DNA of 64,000 nt. It comes from the human T2T-CHM13v2.0 reference genome, Homo sapiens. The position numbers and the translations under genes were made by a program. The notes under the pieces were generated by a model. That model did no database searches, was not told the origin of the DNA, and saw nothing but the letters and a program-made list of their open reading frames with translations. Below, one piece after another: positions 13,319 through 25,537 of this stretch; position 1 is the first letter of the stretch, and every line of letters begins with the position of its first letter. The stretch is from NCBI RefSeq assembly GCF_009914755.1, contig NC_060930.1. The stretch is one strand, 5' to 3'.

Positions 13319-14590
13319 CTAGCAATATGTAACGTAACAAAGGGGGGAAAAATCCAAAAGGAAAAAACCCAGTAGGACAAAAATAAAACCAAAAAATAAG
13401 ACAAAGCAAACTTACGATTAAAAAAAAAACCATAGTAAAGCAAGAAAAATGCCAAGTCTCTAAAGCCATATTATTATCTATGAGTAAGTTCATGAATTCA
13501 TCAAAATTTGAAAATAAAGTCAATGCGTACTTCTTCAATGATTTACATTTTAAAGGGTTCTGATTTCTTCTCTATTTAGGATTTTTAAAGGAATAATTAT
13601 TTACATTATCAGAAAGATGACATGGAACTGATCATCAAAATGGCTAATAACACTTCCTTCCAGTACCTGGATTTGAAACTCAGACTATGACTTTGTTCCA
13701 GCAAATTTACCTTTCTGATTAGGACTACTCCTAAAATTGCATTCTGTGAATATAGGAAATCAAGTACAAAATAGAGGAAGGTAGAGACTCAGAAGCACAC
13801 TGGCTGGAAGAAAAAGCCAGACCAGGATCATCCCCCAGCTGGAAAAGCCAAGGTTTTTTGTTTGTTTGTTTGTTTTCAGGAAATTCCAGTGATGGCTTTT
13901 AATTCTTAAGGAATAAAAATTACTGCTTCCAGAGGCTGCTTCTGTTTAGCCTCTTTATAGAATAAATAAACCACAGACTGGTCTCATGTACTTGCCAAGC
14001 ACAAAAGTGGGGTCTAGCCTCCGCAACTGCCAGATCGTCCTTATACAGACAAATATACAAGAAAAACTACCAGGTCCATTTTCATGGGAGCAGGCCCTGA
14101 TAAATGGTATTTGTGGAATTTTTTTCGACTGGCTCTCATAAATAGTATTTGTTTTAACCAAATTTTAAATATTTATTTATATTTCAAAAATCATAGGGCC
14201 ACCTGTGGATTATAGCTTTCATCCCACTTTAAGGAACAGGTCATGCAACCAATAAAATTAGATATTCCATATTCATGCACAAGCATAGTAGCTCATCTAT
14301 GAGCTTCTATAGCCATTTGCAAAAACTCATGAAAATCTAAAAATCTTTGCATGGCATGGAAAAATGACTGTGGCTTGAGATCAGGCACATTTCTTGCATT
14401 GGTTCAAAGCAATGTTACTTATTACACTGTACAGCATTTTAGTAAGTTAAGCAAAAATACATTTCCATCAGTTACCAAGCTGCCAAAAGCAACCAAACAG
14501 ATTAGTCAGATTACTGAGAGCTGCAGTTCTCCATTGAATACATTGCCACATACTACTGTAAAATAAGAAGGGAAAAAAAAATGTTCTCAC

Positions 14591-14686
14591 GTGACACGGG
14601 GAACATATTTTACACTTTACATTCATAATTGGGTGATTGGGCTTTCTTTTTCTCCTTTCCTTCTCTCTCACTTTTGCTTGTTCTTT
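14591..14686 (-). CDS. EPB41L2: Putative 96-nt (or 66-nt, 14621-14686) alternative exon KEQAKVREKERRKRKPNHPIMN(VKCKICSPCH)
   Basis: ttag acceptor (weak pyrimidine tract), two in-frame donors (gtaaag, gtgaga), no stops. Confidence 0.35.
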
Positions 14687-15070
14687 CTAATTAAAATAAT
14701 TTCTTTAATTAGCATATTCTCAAACAGAATACTGAAAGTGGACCACATTCCCAATCATGGATTTTAACCAAAAAAACAAAAAAAGTGGGCACAGATCAAG
14801 ATCAAGAGTCACATGATTTAATGCCAGATCAATAAACAAATCTCTGTTCTAGTTAATACATATTAAGGATGAGATTGTGTTACCTCAGGTTGATGCCCTA
14901 GAGTTAACCCTTTAGGAGAGAATAGGTTTACTTGTAGAACAACTTCAAGAGTACTGGATAAAAACTTGATTCATTTGACTAAACTTTTTTTTCCCACTTG
15001 TCACTTTGAGAACTTCTAGTAGATACAGTCCTGCCTAAGCCACTTGAAAGGAACACCGTCAGGCTGGTAA

Positions 15071-15110
15071 CATGCACTCCCGAGCTGAATTCCCCCATGC
15101 ACTGCATGCA
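15071..15110 (-). promoter_or_regulatory. Cluster of three UGCAUG (RBFOX) intronic splicing enhancers downstream of the SAB cassette exon
   Basis: catgca on + strand at 15071, 15096 and 15105, i.e. 100-140 nt downstream of the donor. Confidence 0.8.
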
Positions 15111-15210
15111 CCGTGCTTGAAGAACATTGCCAGCCAGCCTAGGCGTGACCTCCCGTCCACAGCAGCCGGGCAGCCATTAGGACAGAGTTGTTTTCTTAGA
15201 TTATACAAAC

Positions 15211-15273
15211 CTCCAACATTAAATTGCTATGTCTGACATAAATATTATCCCCTTCTACTCTCAAGGAATTTTT
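15211..15273 (-). CDS. EPB41L2: EPB41L2 coding exon (~exon 13), 21-aa SAB cassette KNSLRVEGDNIYVRHSNLMLE (4.1R exon 16 equivalent)
   Basis: 63 nt, acag/gtttgt, phase 0-0; NIYxRHSNLMLE signature. Confidence 0.96.
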
Positions 15274-15520
15274 CTGTGAAATTAAATCACACACAGGGGG
15301 GAAAAGGCAAATAAACATAAGTGTATCAATCAGCAAGCACCAAAATGACCCAGAGTTCGACAGTCTAAGACATTAAAATAAAAGAGGAATACAAATCTTA
15401 TGAACTTAAAGCCACAACAAACACAACTCACAAATAAACCCTGAGAGTGGACCCTCCCCACACAATACTAATGGCAGGCAGCAGTCATGAGATGTTTAAC
15501 TTTAGGGAAAACTCAGCCAC

Positions 15521-15556
15521 CTCTTCCAGCTGCGTTTCCTCTTCTTCCATCTTCGC
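15521..15556 (-). CDS. EPB41L2: Putative 36-nt alternative EPB41L2 exon AKMEEEETQLEE
   Basis: ttttcag acceptor, ACTAAT branch-like motif ~45 nt upstream, GAG/gtggct donor (weak), phase 0-0, GAA-rich body. Confidence 0.55.
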
Positions 15557-17592
15557 CTGAAAAGTCACACAGCAAACGGCCAGAAAGAAGGGGAGTATTA
15601 GTGGAAACTCTACCATCAGTGCAAAGAAGCTGTATTTGAACTTAAATGGTGAACCAGTGTTACCAACCTTTACTGTGAGGCCCTCAGAAGATGCAGAATA
15701 TTAAGCCTCTTTGGTCTTTCTTCACCTACAGTGTTGTACGAATGATGGAAATGATCCTTTGCAAAGGTGGAATGGAGGATGGAAGCTTCACTCTTTCTCA
15801 GTCCCTAGATTATGCTCTGCTTTTGAATATTTTGTACTCAGGAACAAGAATATGAGAGTGCAAAAATGGCATAATTCAATCTGTTCTAATTTGAAATGTC
15901 TAAAGCAACTAGTGATGGGGTAAAGTATAATGATGTAAAATTCGTTTTTAGCTTTATATTGGGGAACAAATGTTCAACCTATGATTCAGTTTGTTAAATA
16001 TGGATTTCTTTTCTGGCTGGGGGAGGGGGATTGGCTTATTTAACTAGTTTCATATTAAAATGGTGGGTATTTAAAAATAATCTTTGAAATATAACCACTT
16101 ACATAAAATTCTTTAAATAAGAACAGTTTTTCATAGTTGGACATTTCTCAATATCTGATGATTCAAAAGAATGAATGTAGAAGTTTAAAACTAACAAATA
16201 CTGACTGAATTTTGACTCAAGGGAAAAAATGGTGAGAATAAAAATATTGACTCCCTTATCAAAGGCAAATCATTTAACCTTTATAGGTTAATTCCTAATA
16301 TATATCCTTTTCCTTCTTAATTAGGATGATAGTGTCAAATCTGAGAGTTCAAACGGCTTACCTTTTTAACCATTCATAGTATTTTTCAGAGGTAAGCAAG
16401 GAGCTCAGAGTCTTTATCAGATGTGAAAAATGAGACACAGACATTCAATAATCTGTTAAGAAACATCTTCCAACTCCTTGGTCAACATTTAATTCCCTAA
16501 AATGTTGATCTTTGACATTCCTCAGGTAAACTTTTAACAATTGTCCTACAATGCATACTCACTGCAATTATCTTTACATTTTTCTTTAGGTTTGCTCTAA
16601 ATTTTGTGATTTACTGTATGTATTGGTAGGATCCACAGAATATGAGGCACTAAATCACCAGGCCACATTTAACAAAATAATCAAAAATATATTGTACATG
16701 TTAATGCTGACTTAGTAGCACAGAGGTAGGATACTTGAAAAAAATTTGCCTTATATAGGGGTAAAAATCCTCAAACCAAACACCTAATTTTAAATAAAGG
16801 AGCACTATGAGGCCCAATCTTAGTGTTATATAGTCTAAATTTTCAAAAAGCCATGTTTCACTTTTCACATACATTTGTTAAAGACAACAGAATAGTACCT
16901 TCCTTATAAAATACCCTATAGTGACTCTTATATATAATTACATAATTTAAGGTTAGAAAAAAAAACTAGCTAAAATTCATCTGGTCTCCAAATACTACAA
17001 TAATAGGGAGATAAGGAGCTTTTGAGATTAGACTTACAAATGTCAGGAGTAAAGGTTACAGATACATCCTCATAGATGCTAGAACACACTTGGGTTTCCA
17101 ACAAGAGAAATAACAGTACTAAGGAATTCTACTAATATACATCAGGAACAGTTATGTCCACTGCATCCTAAATTCTATATCAAAACAAAAAGATGTCATC
17201 CTAAAGGAACAGCATTAATATCTGTTTGCAAAATGGAGAGACCCTGTATGGATTGTTACGGGCAATACAGGTTCCCTCCTCCTTCCCTCCTCCCCCACAC
17301 CTTCTGTTACAAATCTACTTTGATCTAGATATTTGTAAAATAATCCTACAATTTCGCTCCTAACTTAGAATGTGTGGAACTGGTCAATGGTATCAATGAA
17401 GGAGAAGTGTCTACACTTATTTCTCATGCACTAAAATATTGTGTGTGTGAAAATGTGCAGGTACTACTATGTTGAGGGTAATCAGTGGTGAAATGTATGC
17501 ACACATTTACACTCTATATTAGGAAGGGTTTAAGATAAAGTGTATTGTGTTGACTCCACAAACTGAGCTTACGTAGGCATGCCAGCAACTAC

Positions 17593-18234
17593 TTCCTCTT
17601 CCTCGAGCTTGTCATTCAAGTCACAGTCATAAGAAACATTAAAGGAGGCGGCTTTAGCCTCCAGATAGCAGAGGGATAGAGCCAGAGGAAGGGAAAAGGC
17701 AAGAGAAAAAGGAACTGACTGAGAAGCAGACAGAAGTAGCCCAAAGATGAGGATAAGGGAAGGAATGAATGAAGGGGAGGTGATTGGGACATAGTGCTGC
17801 ACACCAGCGGGGAGGAAGGAGACCCAGACCTTGGGGAGGCTGGGGAAAGCAAGATATCCATCTTCATCAAGAAGGGAGGGGAAGCCGGAGGGAAAACATT
17901 TGGAGAAACTGAAGGAGAAGTAACCAAACTCAGAATCACTGTCGTCAGCTGCTTTAAGAGTCTTCCCATGGATGGGAGAAGGACAGTCAGGCTGAGAAGG
18001 GGCTATGGCAGAATCCAAGACCAAATCAGGCATAGCAACTTCAGAATCCCCCTGCTCCGATATTTCACCTGTGGAAAGGTGCTCTAAGCTGTCTAGTGTG
18101 ATCTGGTCAGCCTCCCCAAAGGGGTCTTCCTCTGAAATGTCTGAAAGCAAGTCCATTTCAGGGACAGGCAATAGGTTTGGGGAAAAAGATGAAGTACGGT
18201 GGATGAGAGGTGAAGGTGGGCACATGGAAACAGT
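17593..18234 (-). CDS. EPB41L2: Putative alternative EPB41L2 exon, 214 aa (TVSMCPPSP...DKLEEEE), with hydrophobic hairpin; paralogous to 4.1B U2 segment
   Basis: Stop-free ORF (17569..18225); tag acceptor in phase 0 after branch point CACTAAC and AG-free tract; phase-0 donor GAA/gtagtt; similarity to recalled 4.1B FPSLLDDDGYLSFPNL...PLALCLCYLEPKAAS. Confidence 0.72.
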
Positions 18235-19119
18235 CTATTCTCAAGTGCAAACCCATGATTGAATATGAAATTACACAACAGATACAATCAAAGGAAAAAC
18301 AGATGCAAGAGAGAAAGAGGACAAAAGAAAAAATGAGTAGTTAGTGAAAACGTTTACTTTAAAGGAAGGACCATATTAACACAGTGTAGTTAGAAATGAA
18401 TTAAATGACCCATTTTTAAAGAGAAAAGACTAGACTACTTGTGTCACATAAAATTTATACATATGACTCATTTAATTATTTTCAAACTAGTTGCAAATAG
18501 ATCCCATGAAACTCAAACAGCATTATTTACTTTTAAACCTGGTTGCTGACAGACATTCAAAGCATTAGCAAAAATGCCAGTGTACCCAGTTGTTCACCGC
18601 AGACAAGGAGGATTTCCTTTGAAATTTAAAAGAACTTTTTCATTTTTTAAGGAAAATAACTAGATATGTCAAGTTAACTAGGCAAAATGGAACAGAGATA
18701 TTCTGAAATGCTGAGCTCTTCTGTTTCAGATGTAAGCAGTCACTCTCCTGGGTGCCTTGTTAGCAAAATTTTTAAAGAACTATCCTGACAACTTGTCAGC
18801 AATTGAAAGAAACCTTGTTGGTCACAATTTCTGTTATTTTTATCTGAATTCCCCACCAAATAATTTTTCCATATGACAGTCACAAATTCTTTAACGATGG
18901 AATGTCGATGATTTGATGTCACTTGCTATACAGGTAGCACTTGACCTTGTGGCACAAGACTGGGCCCATGTGGTGGTCCCTGAGACCTTCTCCATGCTGG
19001 GCCTCAGAGGCTATCAGTGTAGGAATTCCTGAGGCACTGGCAGCTACTTCATCTAGCATGTCTTTATACATTTATGTCTTTTAAAAATTTTCAAAGTTAA
19101 AATTTAGAAAACACTATAC

Positions 19120-19454
<335 letters not shown>

Positions 19455-20162
19455 TCATTTGTTTTTATCTGTGCTTACTTCCAATGTTGCATGCAAAAAA
19501 AAGTCGCTTTGTGCAGACACAGAAAAGAGATCTGAAGAATTCAAAGGCTTCTCAAATCAATATTCAAGTGATGTTACTGCCCAAGGTAACAAAAGATAAC
19601 AGTGACACATTTGAGAACACAATATGGGTTACTTCTCCATTTCACCATGGTGTACGCACAAGATAAAGCCAAAAGCAACACACCATGTTCTCACTCTCTA
19701 TTCACAAAACAATTACCTTTTCTTGAGAATTTCATTAATTATAGATCATTAATGAATACATTTGTTCATAAAGATTATCTTTGGTGATGTAAAAAAATTC
19801 AAGTCAATAATTAAAATAATCAAGAAGCTACATTTTAAATTTTACTTGGACCAAACCAAAAATAAATTTCAAATCATCATAGCTTTTCTACTTTGAGGAT
19901 TCAATTAGATAAGGTGATTATGAGGACAGTCAAAAAGGCCAGTAAATTACTTACTTGCATTAAAATAACTTACATTGAAATATTCTGCTTTGAACAACAA
20001 TCAAAGGTTAGAGACCACTATGCATATTTGAAAACATAAATGACCAGCAGAGAACATAGAACAACTAATTTTAAATACTTGATTTCTGAAACAGAAAATA
20101 CAACAGATACCCTCTAGGTTAAGTAAATGTTTAAAACCACATACTGTGCTAATTTACCATAC

Positions 20163-20335
20163 CTTTCCTTCAATGAGCTGCAAATGTGGGGCTTTAGTTG
20201 GGCTTCTCACTTCCCTCCTGCCGTCCCCATCTTGTACCACGGCAATGCTGACAAGTCCAGGTCCATAGGCTGAAATCTCCCCAGCAGCGCCAGGAAAATC
20301 CTTCATAAGACTTTGGTCCATGACACCAATCGGAG
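20163..20335 (-). CDS. EPB41L2: EPB41L2 coding exon (~exon 12), U2 region (A)PIGVMDQ...LQLIEGK
   Basis: 173 nt, ctag/gtatgg, phase 1-0, open frame matching 4.1G. Confidence 0.94.
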
Positions 20336-21642
20336 CTAGTAAAGAGTGACAATTTTGGATTATTTTAGGACATATGAATCATAAACTTTATGGAAAATTT
20401 CCCCCTTACAGGAGATAAACAGGCAGCATATAAATAGTGAACAGGAACAGAGACATTGCTTGAGCTCTGAAAATACCCACCATATAAAATAAACTAATTT
20501 TTAAACGTTTACCAAATTCTGAAAGTATTCTGAATTTTAATGCACTGAGCTACACCAGGGTCTCAAACCACAGGTATTGGAAGGATAAACTCAGATCATG
20601 GAACTGGCCAGTAGGAGGAGCTCTAAGACCAGCTGAAACACCAGAGTTAAGGCAAACAGAATTACAAGGTAAGCAGTATTTTAACTCTTTGGTCTCCTAC
20701 GATTTATTTCTGAATCTATCTATTGCAACAAATGATTATGCAATTATTAAGATGATTTGCTCCAATAAGTTTTAAGAATTGCTCCATAAAGGAACCTTTA
20801 ATTTGAATACCCTTCAAAAGAAAAAATAGTAAATAAAAGACAGTAAAGGTAAATTTTAGGGATTTTAACTTCTATATTTATGTTTAATATTTTTTATTTT
20901 TTAATCCCCTTCCTCAATGCCTTAACACGAACTATGGTAAATCTATACATAGACACCTCCCTCATCCCAGAAAACCTGGCCCTCATGTGCTCTCTTCTTC
21001 TCTCCTACAGATAGGCAGAAATGTACATTGTATTGAAAATTCTGTCATAGTGCAGATCAAACCAAGACTACCTCAAACATCAGCAAGGCAAAGTGAGTAG
21101 TAGGTGGCAGGACCTCTGTCCATCTGTAGCTCCTCCCCAAACAACAGAACTACCACAAGGTCATTTCACTTTACATAAAAAGTACTCTACGGACACCATG
21201 AAGTTTACTCTGGTTCCATGTCCTAAGGGAAGCCTGGTCAACACAAACACCTTTAGACTGCAAGCTCTTGGAGGGCAGGATTGTGTGTGAACTACCATAC
21301 TGAACTTGAGAGGCCTCAAGCACTTTGAATACATGTATCCCAAGCTACCTCTCAATCCACAGCCTTCACTTGCCCTGTCCAAAACTTAATTCTTTTCCAG
21401 TCTTGCCCTTTTCACAAAACGCTCTTCTCATATTTGCTCCCATTTGCTTGAACTGGGAACGTGAACATCTTCCAAGACTCTTCATCCCTCAACACCAGCA
21501 AGTCCAACAAGGTCCTTGTATATATTTCTAAATGTGGCCAGTTCTTTCCATTTCTAATTCTACTACCTCACCTTGTGGAGATTTTCCCAGCCCTTAAATA
21601 CTCACACTTTGAATGCCCATATCAAATCATAGTCAACATTAG

Positions 21643-22003
<361 letters not shown>

Positions 22004-22379
22004 TCCAGCAGTTTTTTTTAATAAAGAAACTTCTAACAAGATCTAAATAAGTTTCCCTTGGAAAGTATATGGCTATGATTAATTCTTTTGCTTACAATTA
22101 TGATTTCTACACACCTATTATACATACTCAGAAATTTTGCAAAATGAAAAAAATCTGACCTAGAAATGGCTTCAAATGTAATGATATTAAAATTTGAATA
22201 TCAAATTAAAAGTTATTAAAGTTGACAAAATGCTGACTTTGCATACTTTTAAACACTTATTAATTTCAGCATGCAGTTTCTTGTATTTTGAAGCCGATAC
22301 ATTTATTCAGGTCTTAAACATCTGAGAAGCTTGTAGGCCCTGGCAGAGCCCAAGATACCAAATGGCTAATTGGCCTACT

Positions 22380-22860
22380 CCCACTAAAGGGAAGACCACC
22401 ATCGCTTTCACCTGGACCATTCCTAACCGGCCTGCCTGCTTCCTTGCTCAATCTAATTGTTCTCTTGCATCAAATGATTTTTTTTTTAAAAGATAACGCT
22501 GTGCTCTTGCGGGCACATAAACCCACATAAACCCTTCAATGGTTTCCTAGAGCATATGGAATAAATAAAAACCACATTCTTCACCATGGCCTCCAAGGCC
22601 CTGCATGATCTGACCCAGGCTTACCTCTCCCGCCACTTCCTAAGCTCTGACTGCACTTGCCTTCTCTCTGTTCCAGGAATGTATCCAGCTCTCCCTCACC
22701 TTATAGCTTCATCGTTGCCGCCTCTGCTACCTGGAATGCTTTATTATTAAATATCTCTTGTCCTTTCCTTGGCTGCCTCCTTCTCATCCTTCAAGTCTCA
22801 ACTGACCTGGTTCTTCCTCAAATAGGCCTTCCTTCCCTGATGATCCTATTTAAGTAACGT
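22380..22860 (+). mobile_element. Old L2 LINE fragment
   Basis: ggcctccaaggccctgcatgatctg...cctctgctacctggaatgct L2-like motifs; edges approximate. Confidence 0.55.
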
Positions 22861-24899
22861 CCCTGTTCATTTTACTTTCCACCTTCAGGAAATCACTTGG
22901 TTCCTCAACCCCCAAATGCATCTTGGTTGTTGGTTCTCTTAAATGACTGATTTGTCTTCTTTGGGGTTTGATTTTCTAATCTCGGAGGGGACTCCCTGTC
23001 CTAAAACAGCTGTTCTAGATTGATTTTCATTTTGATATTTGATCTTTAGATTGAATCCCGCTTTTCACTTGCTATGTAATCATAAGAGGATTTATTTTAA
23101 TTTGCCAAACTTTAAAGTGAGGCTAATATACCTAAATTATTCTAGCCTTACTTAAAAAGTAAACAGGAAAAAGAAAATACAATACATGAAGACTACAACA
23201 ACAAATGGTATGTTGATAAGGAGTGGTAAAGAAAATAAAAGCTCAGTGCCAGGTTACAGCCTAGCTTTGCTCTGGGGGAAAAAACGGAGAATATAAGCCC
23301 TAATCAAAGAGTTCACTGGCTGTCTGGTCATGTATTGGCGTTAAAAGCCTCCTATTTTTCACAATAACACAATAATCCTTTTGATGACTTACCCATCTGA
23401 TGAATTACGGCCTCCAAAACACAAAGAGAAAAATAATGGATTACTGTGCCATGTTTGTTGTTTTTACTTGGAAAAATCATTGTTTTCAGATACAGACCTC
23501 CTGTAACCCTCTGCACTAACTGCCCATACAAGATGGTGGATTTCCTTGAGCACAGTTTGTATACCTCAAAGAAAATGCTGTTTTACTGCTCTTTTTAAAT
23601 GCTAAACTTTGCAATATAAGAGTTATACAGCCTCACAGTTTCAAACAAATGCTGAAAACAGACAGTGTTCCAGAAAGAGCAATCATTTCTCTCAGGGTAC
23701 TAAACAACAGTGACTGCACTTATTCGGCACTTGTATAAATTCTCTGTGGCAAGGGGCAAGGCTTGGGAAATATTTACATGGGTTGGCACATTTTTCAGAT
23801 TTACTTGGAAAAGTGCTCAGTTGTTGAAGACCTAAAAGATACTTTAGCAGTGATAGTACATTAACAATCAACTGAATTTAAATCATTTCCACAATTCTGG
23901 AAATTTGTTTAAAGCACAGTTCACCACCCCCTTGCACATTTCAGGATTTAATAACTATATACCAAAATCCCAACCAACAAATCCTGGCAAATATCTCTAT
24001 GTGTCCACCTGCATTTGTTTTCCAAGTTTTTCTTCTAGAAAAAGCAGATGAAGGCAATCCATATGAATCCTTCACTATTAAGAAAGCTTTTTCATCTGTT
24101 AGCATTATTTGATCTGTTTTACTCCAATTATTTAAAATATAAGTTGTTTGAGCATATATTTCAGAAAAATACAATAGACAAGAAAAAATGTTTCTGCTAA
24201 TAACTAGTAGTAAAATACAATTTTCAAATTTAGTATTATTATTATATATATATTTTAGTTCAATCAACCAAAAATGTTGGAAAACTATTTCTTTGGGTAG
24301 AAAATCATCCATACTAATCATTTTCTATTACAAAGAAAGAATATTCCTTCACAAGGCATTCTAATATAAATTTAACCTTAGCTCTTTTATAGAAAACCTA
24401 TTATTAACCCATTTTGGACCAGGTAATTTATATATATATTTTTCCATGTGTAGTTTATATAAAACTTATTTCATGTGTAGTTTATATAAAACTACAAAAT
24501 GTAGCTAATTAGAATTCTAATAGAAAAAAATTCACATTTATACATATTTTCCCTTGGGCTAAAGAACAAACAAACACATTATATTTACTTTTTGTTAAAA
24601 TGCTGTATTTAAAATGAATCCTTTGAAGCTACTAAAGCTTTCTCATAAGATGGAAAGTTTGGTAAGTTGTTTCACTCATGAAAATTTGCTGATGCAGGGA
24701 ATGTTTTATGTTCGTCTGGATTAAGGTTCATATGCTACCATACGAAAAAATCCTTAGAATTACATTTTGCCATTAATTAAAAGGTTCAGGAAATTGAACC
24801 ACATAAAACACATCATGATCAAGAGAAATCAGTAAAACATATGTGTCCAACATCTCATAAATGAGAACTCTTAACAAATATTTGTGTGCACTGACAATA

Positions 24900-25130
24900 C
24901 AGGTTGAGTATCCCTTATCTGAAATGTTAGGGACCAGAAGTGTTGCGGATTTCTAATATTTTTTGTATTCTGAAATATGCAATATATATACTTAGCAGCT
25001 GAACACCCCAAATCTGAACATATGAAATCTGAAATGCTCCAATAAGCATTTCCTTAGAGCATATGTCAGTGCTCAAAGGCTTTCTGATTTTGGAGCATTT
25101 CAGATTTTGAGATATGGAATGTTCAACCTG
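24900..25130. mobile_element. Tigger4/MER46 (Zombi)-type TcMar MITE
   Basis: terminal inverted repeats caggttgagtatcc ... gttcaacctg, preceded by TA. Confidence 0.8.
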
Positions 25131-25364
25131 TTTTAAAACAAAAAAAAAGAAAAAAGTGTGACAGCTTCAAAAAAGAGTAACAACTCTAAAACACAACAAA
25201 ATTATTCTCTTGTAGGTGTAAGTAATAGCATTTTATTTACTCGGGAAAAAATGGCTATCCCTGTAGGGTATTTCTGGTGGCTTTATTAACTGGATTAACA
25301 TTTTCTGACCTCATGGGATTAGAGAAAGATGAATGAAAATCAAAATTATCATAAATGTGTTTAC

Positions 25365-25537
25365 CTCCATCTAGACTCCTGGAGACCCGTTTACTAGAAG
25401 TGCGCTCAAAGTGTGGTGCTGGCCTATCTATGAGGGTGCTGGCCTGGCGGGTCTGTGCTTGGGTGCGGCCACTATAGCGAAATTTGGACCCCAAGGTCAG
25501 GAACTTGGCTTTTGGTGGCTGCTCTGGAGAAACAAGC
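25365..25537 (-). CDS. EPB41L2: EPB41L2 coding exon (~exon 11), FERM-adjacent domain LVSPEQPP...SRSLDG
   Basis: 173 nt, atag/gtaaac, phase 2-1; [11 protein letters not shown] motif. Confidence 0.97.

Noticed and set aside
15667-15726. Exon-like segment upstream of the 36-nt exon
   Set aside because: Stop codon in phase 0 and poor pyrimidine tract
17794-18262. Plus-strand ORFs overlapping the hairpin exon
   Set aside because: Antisense shadows; only the minus frame has splice signals and paralog similarity
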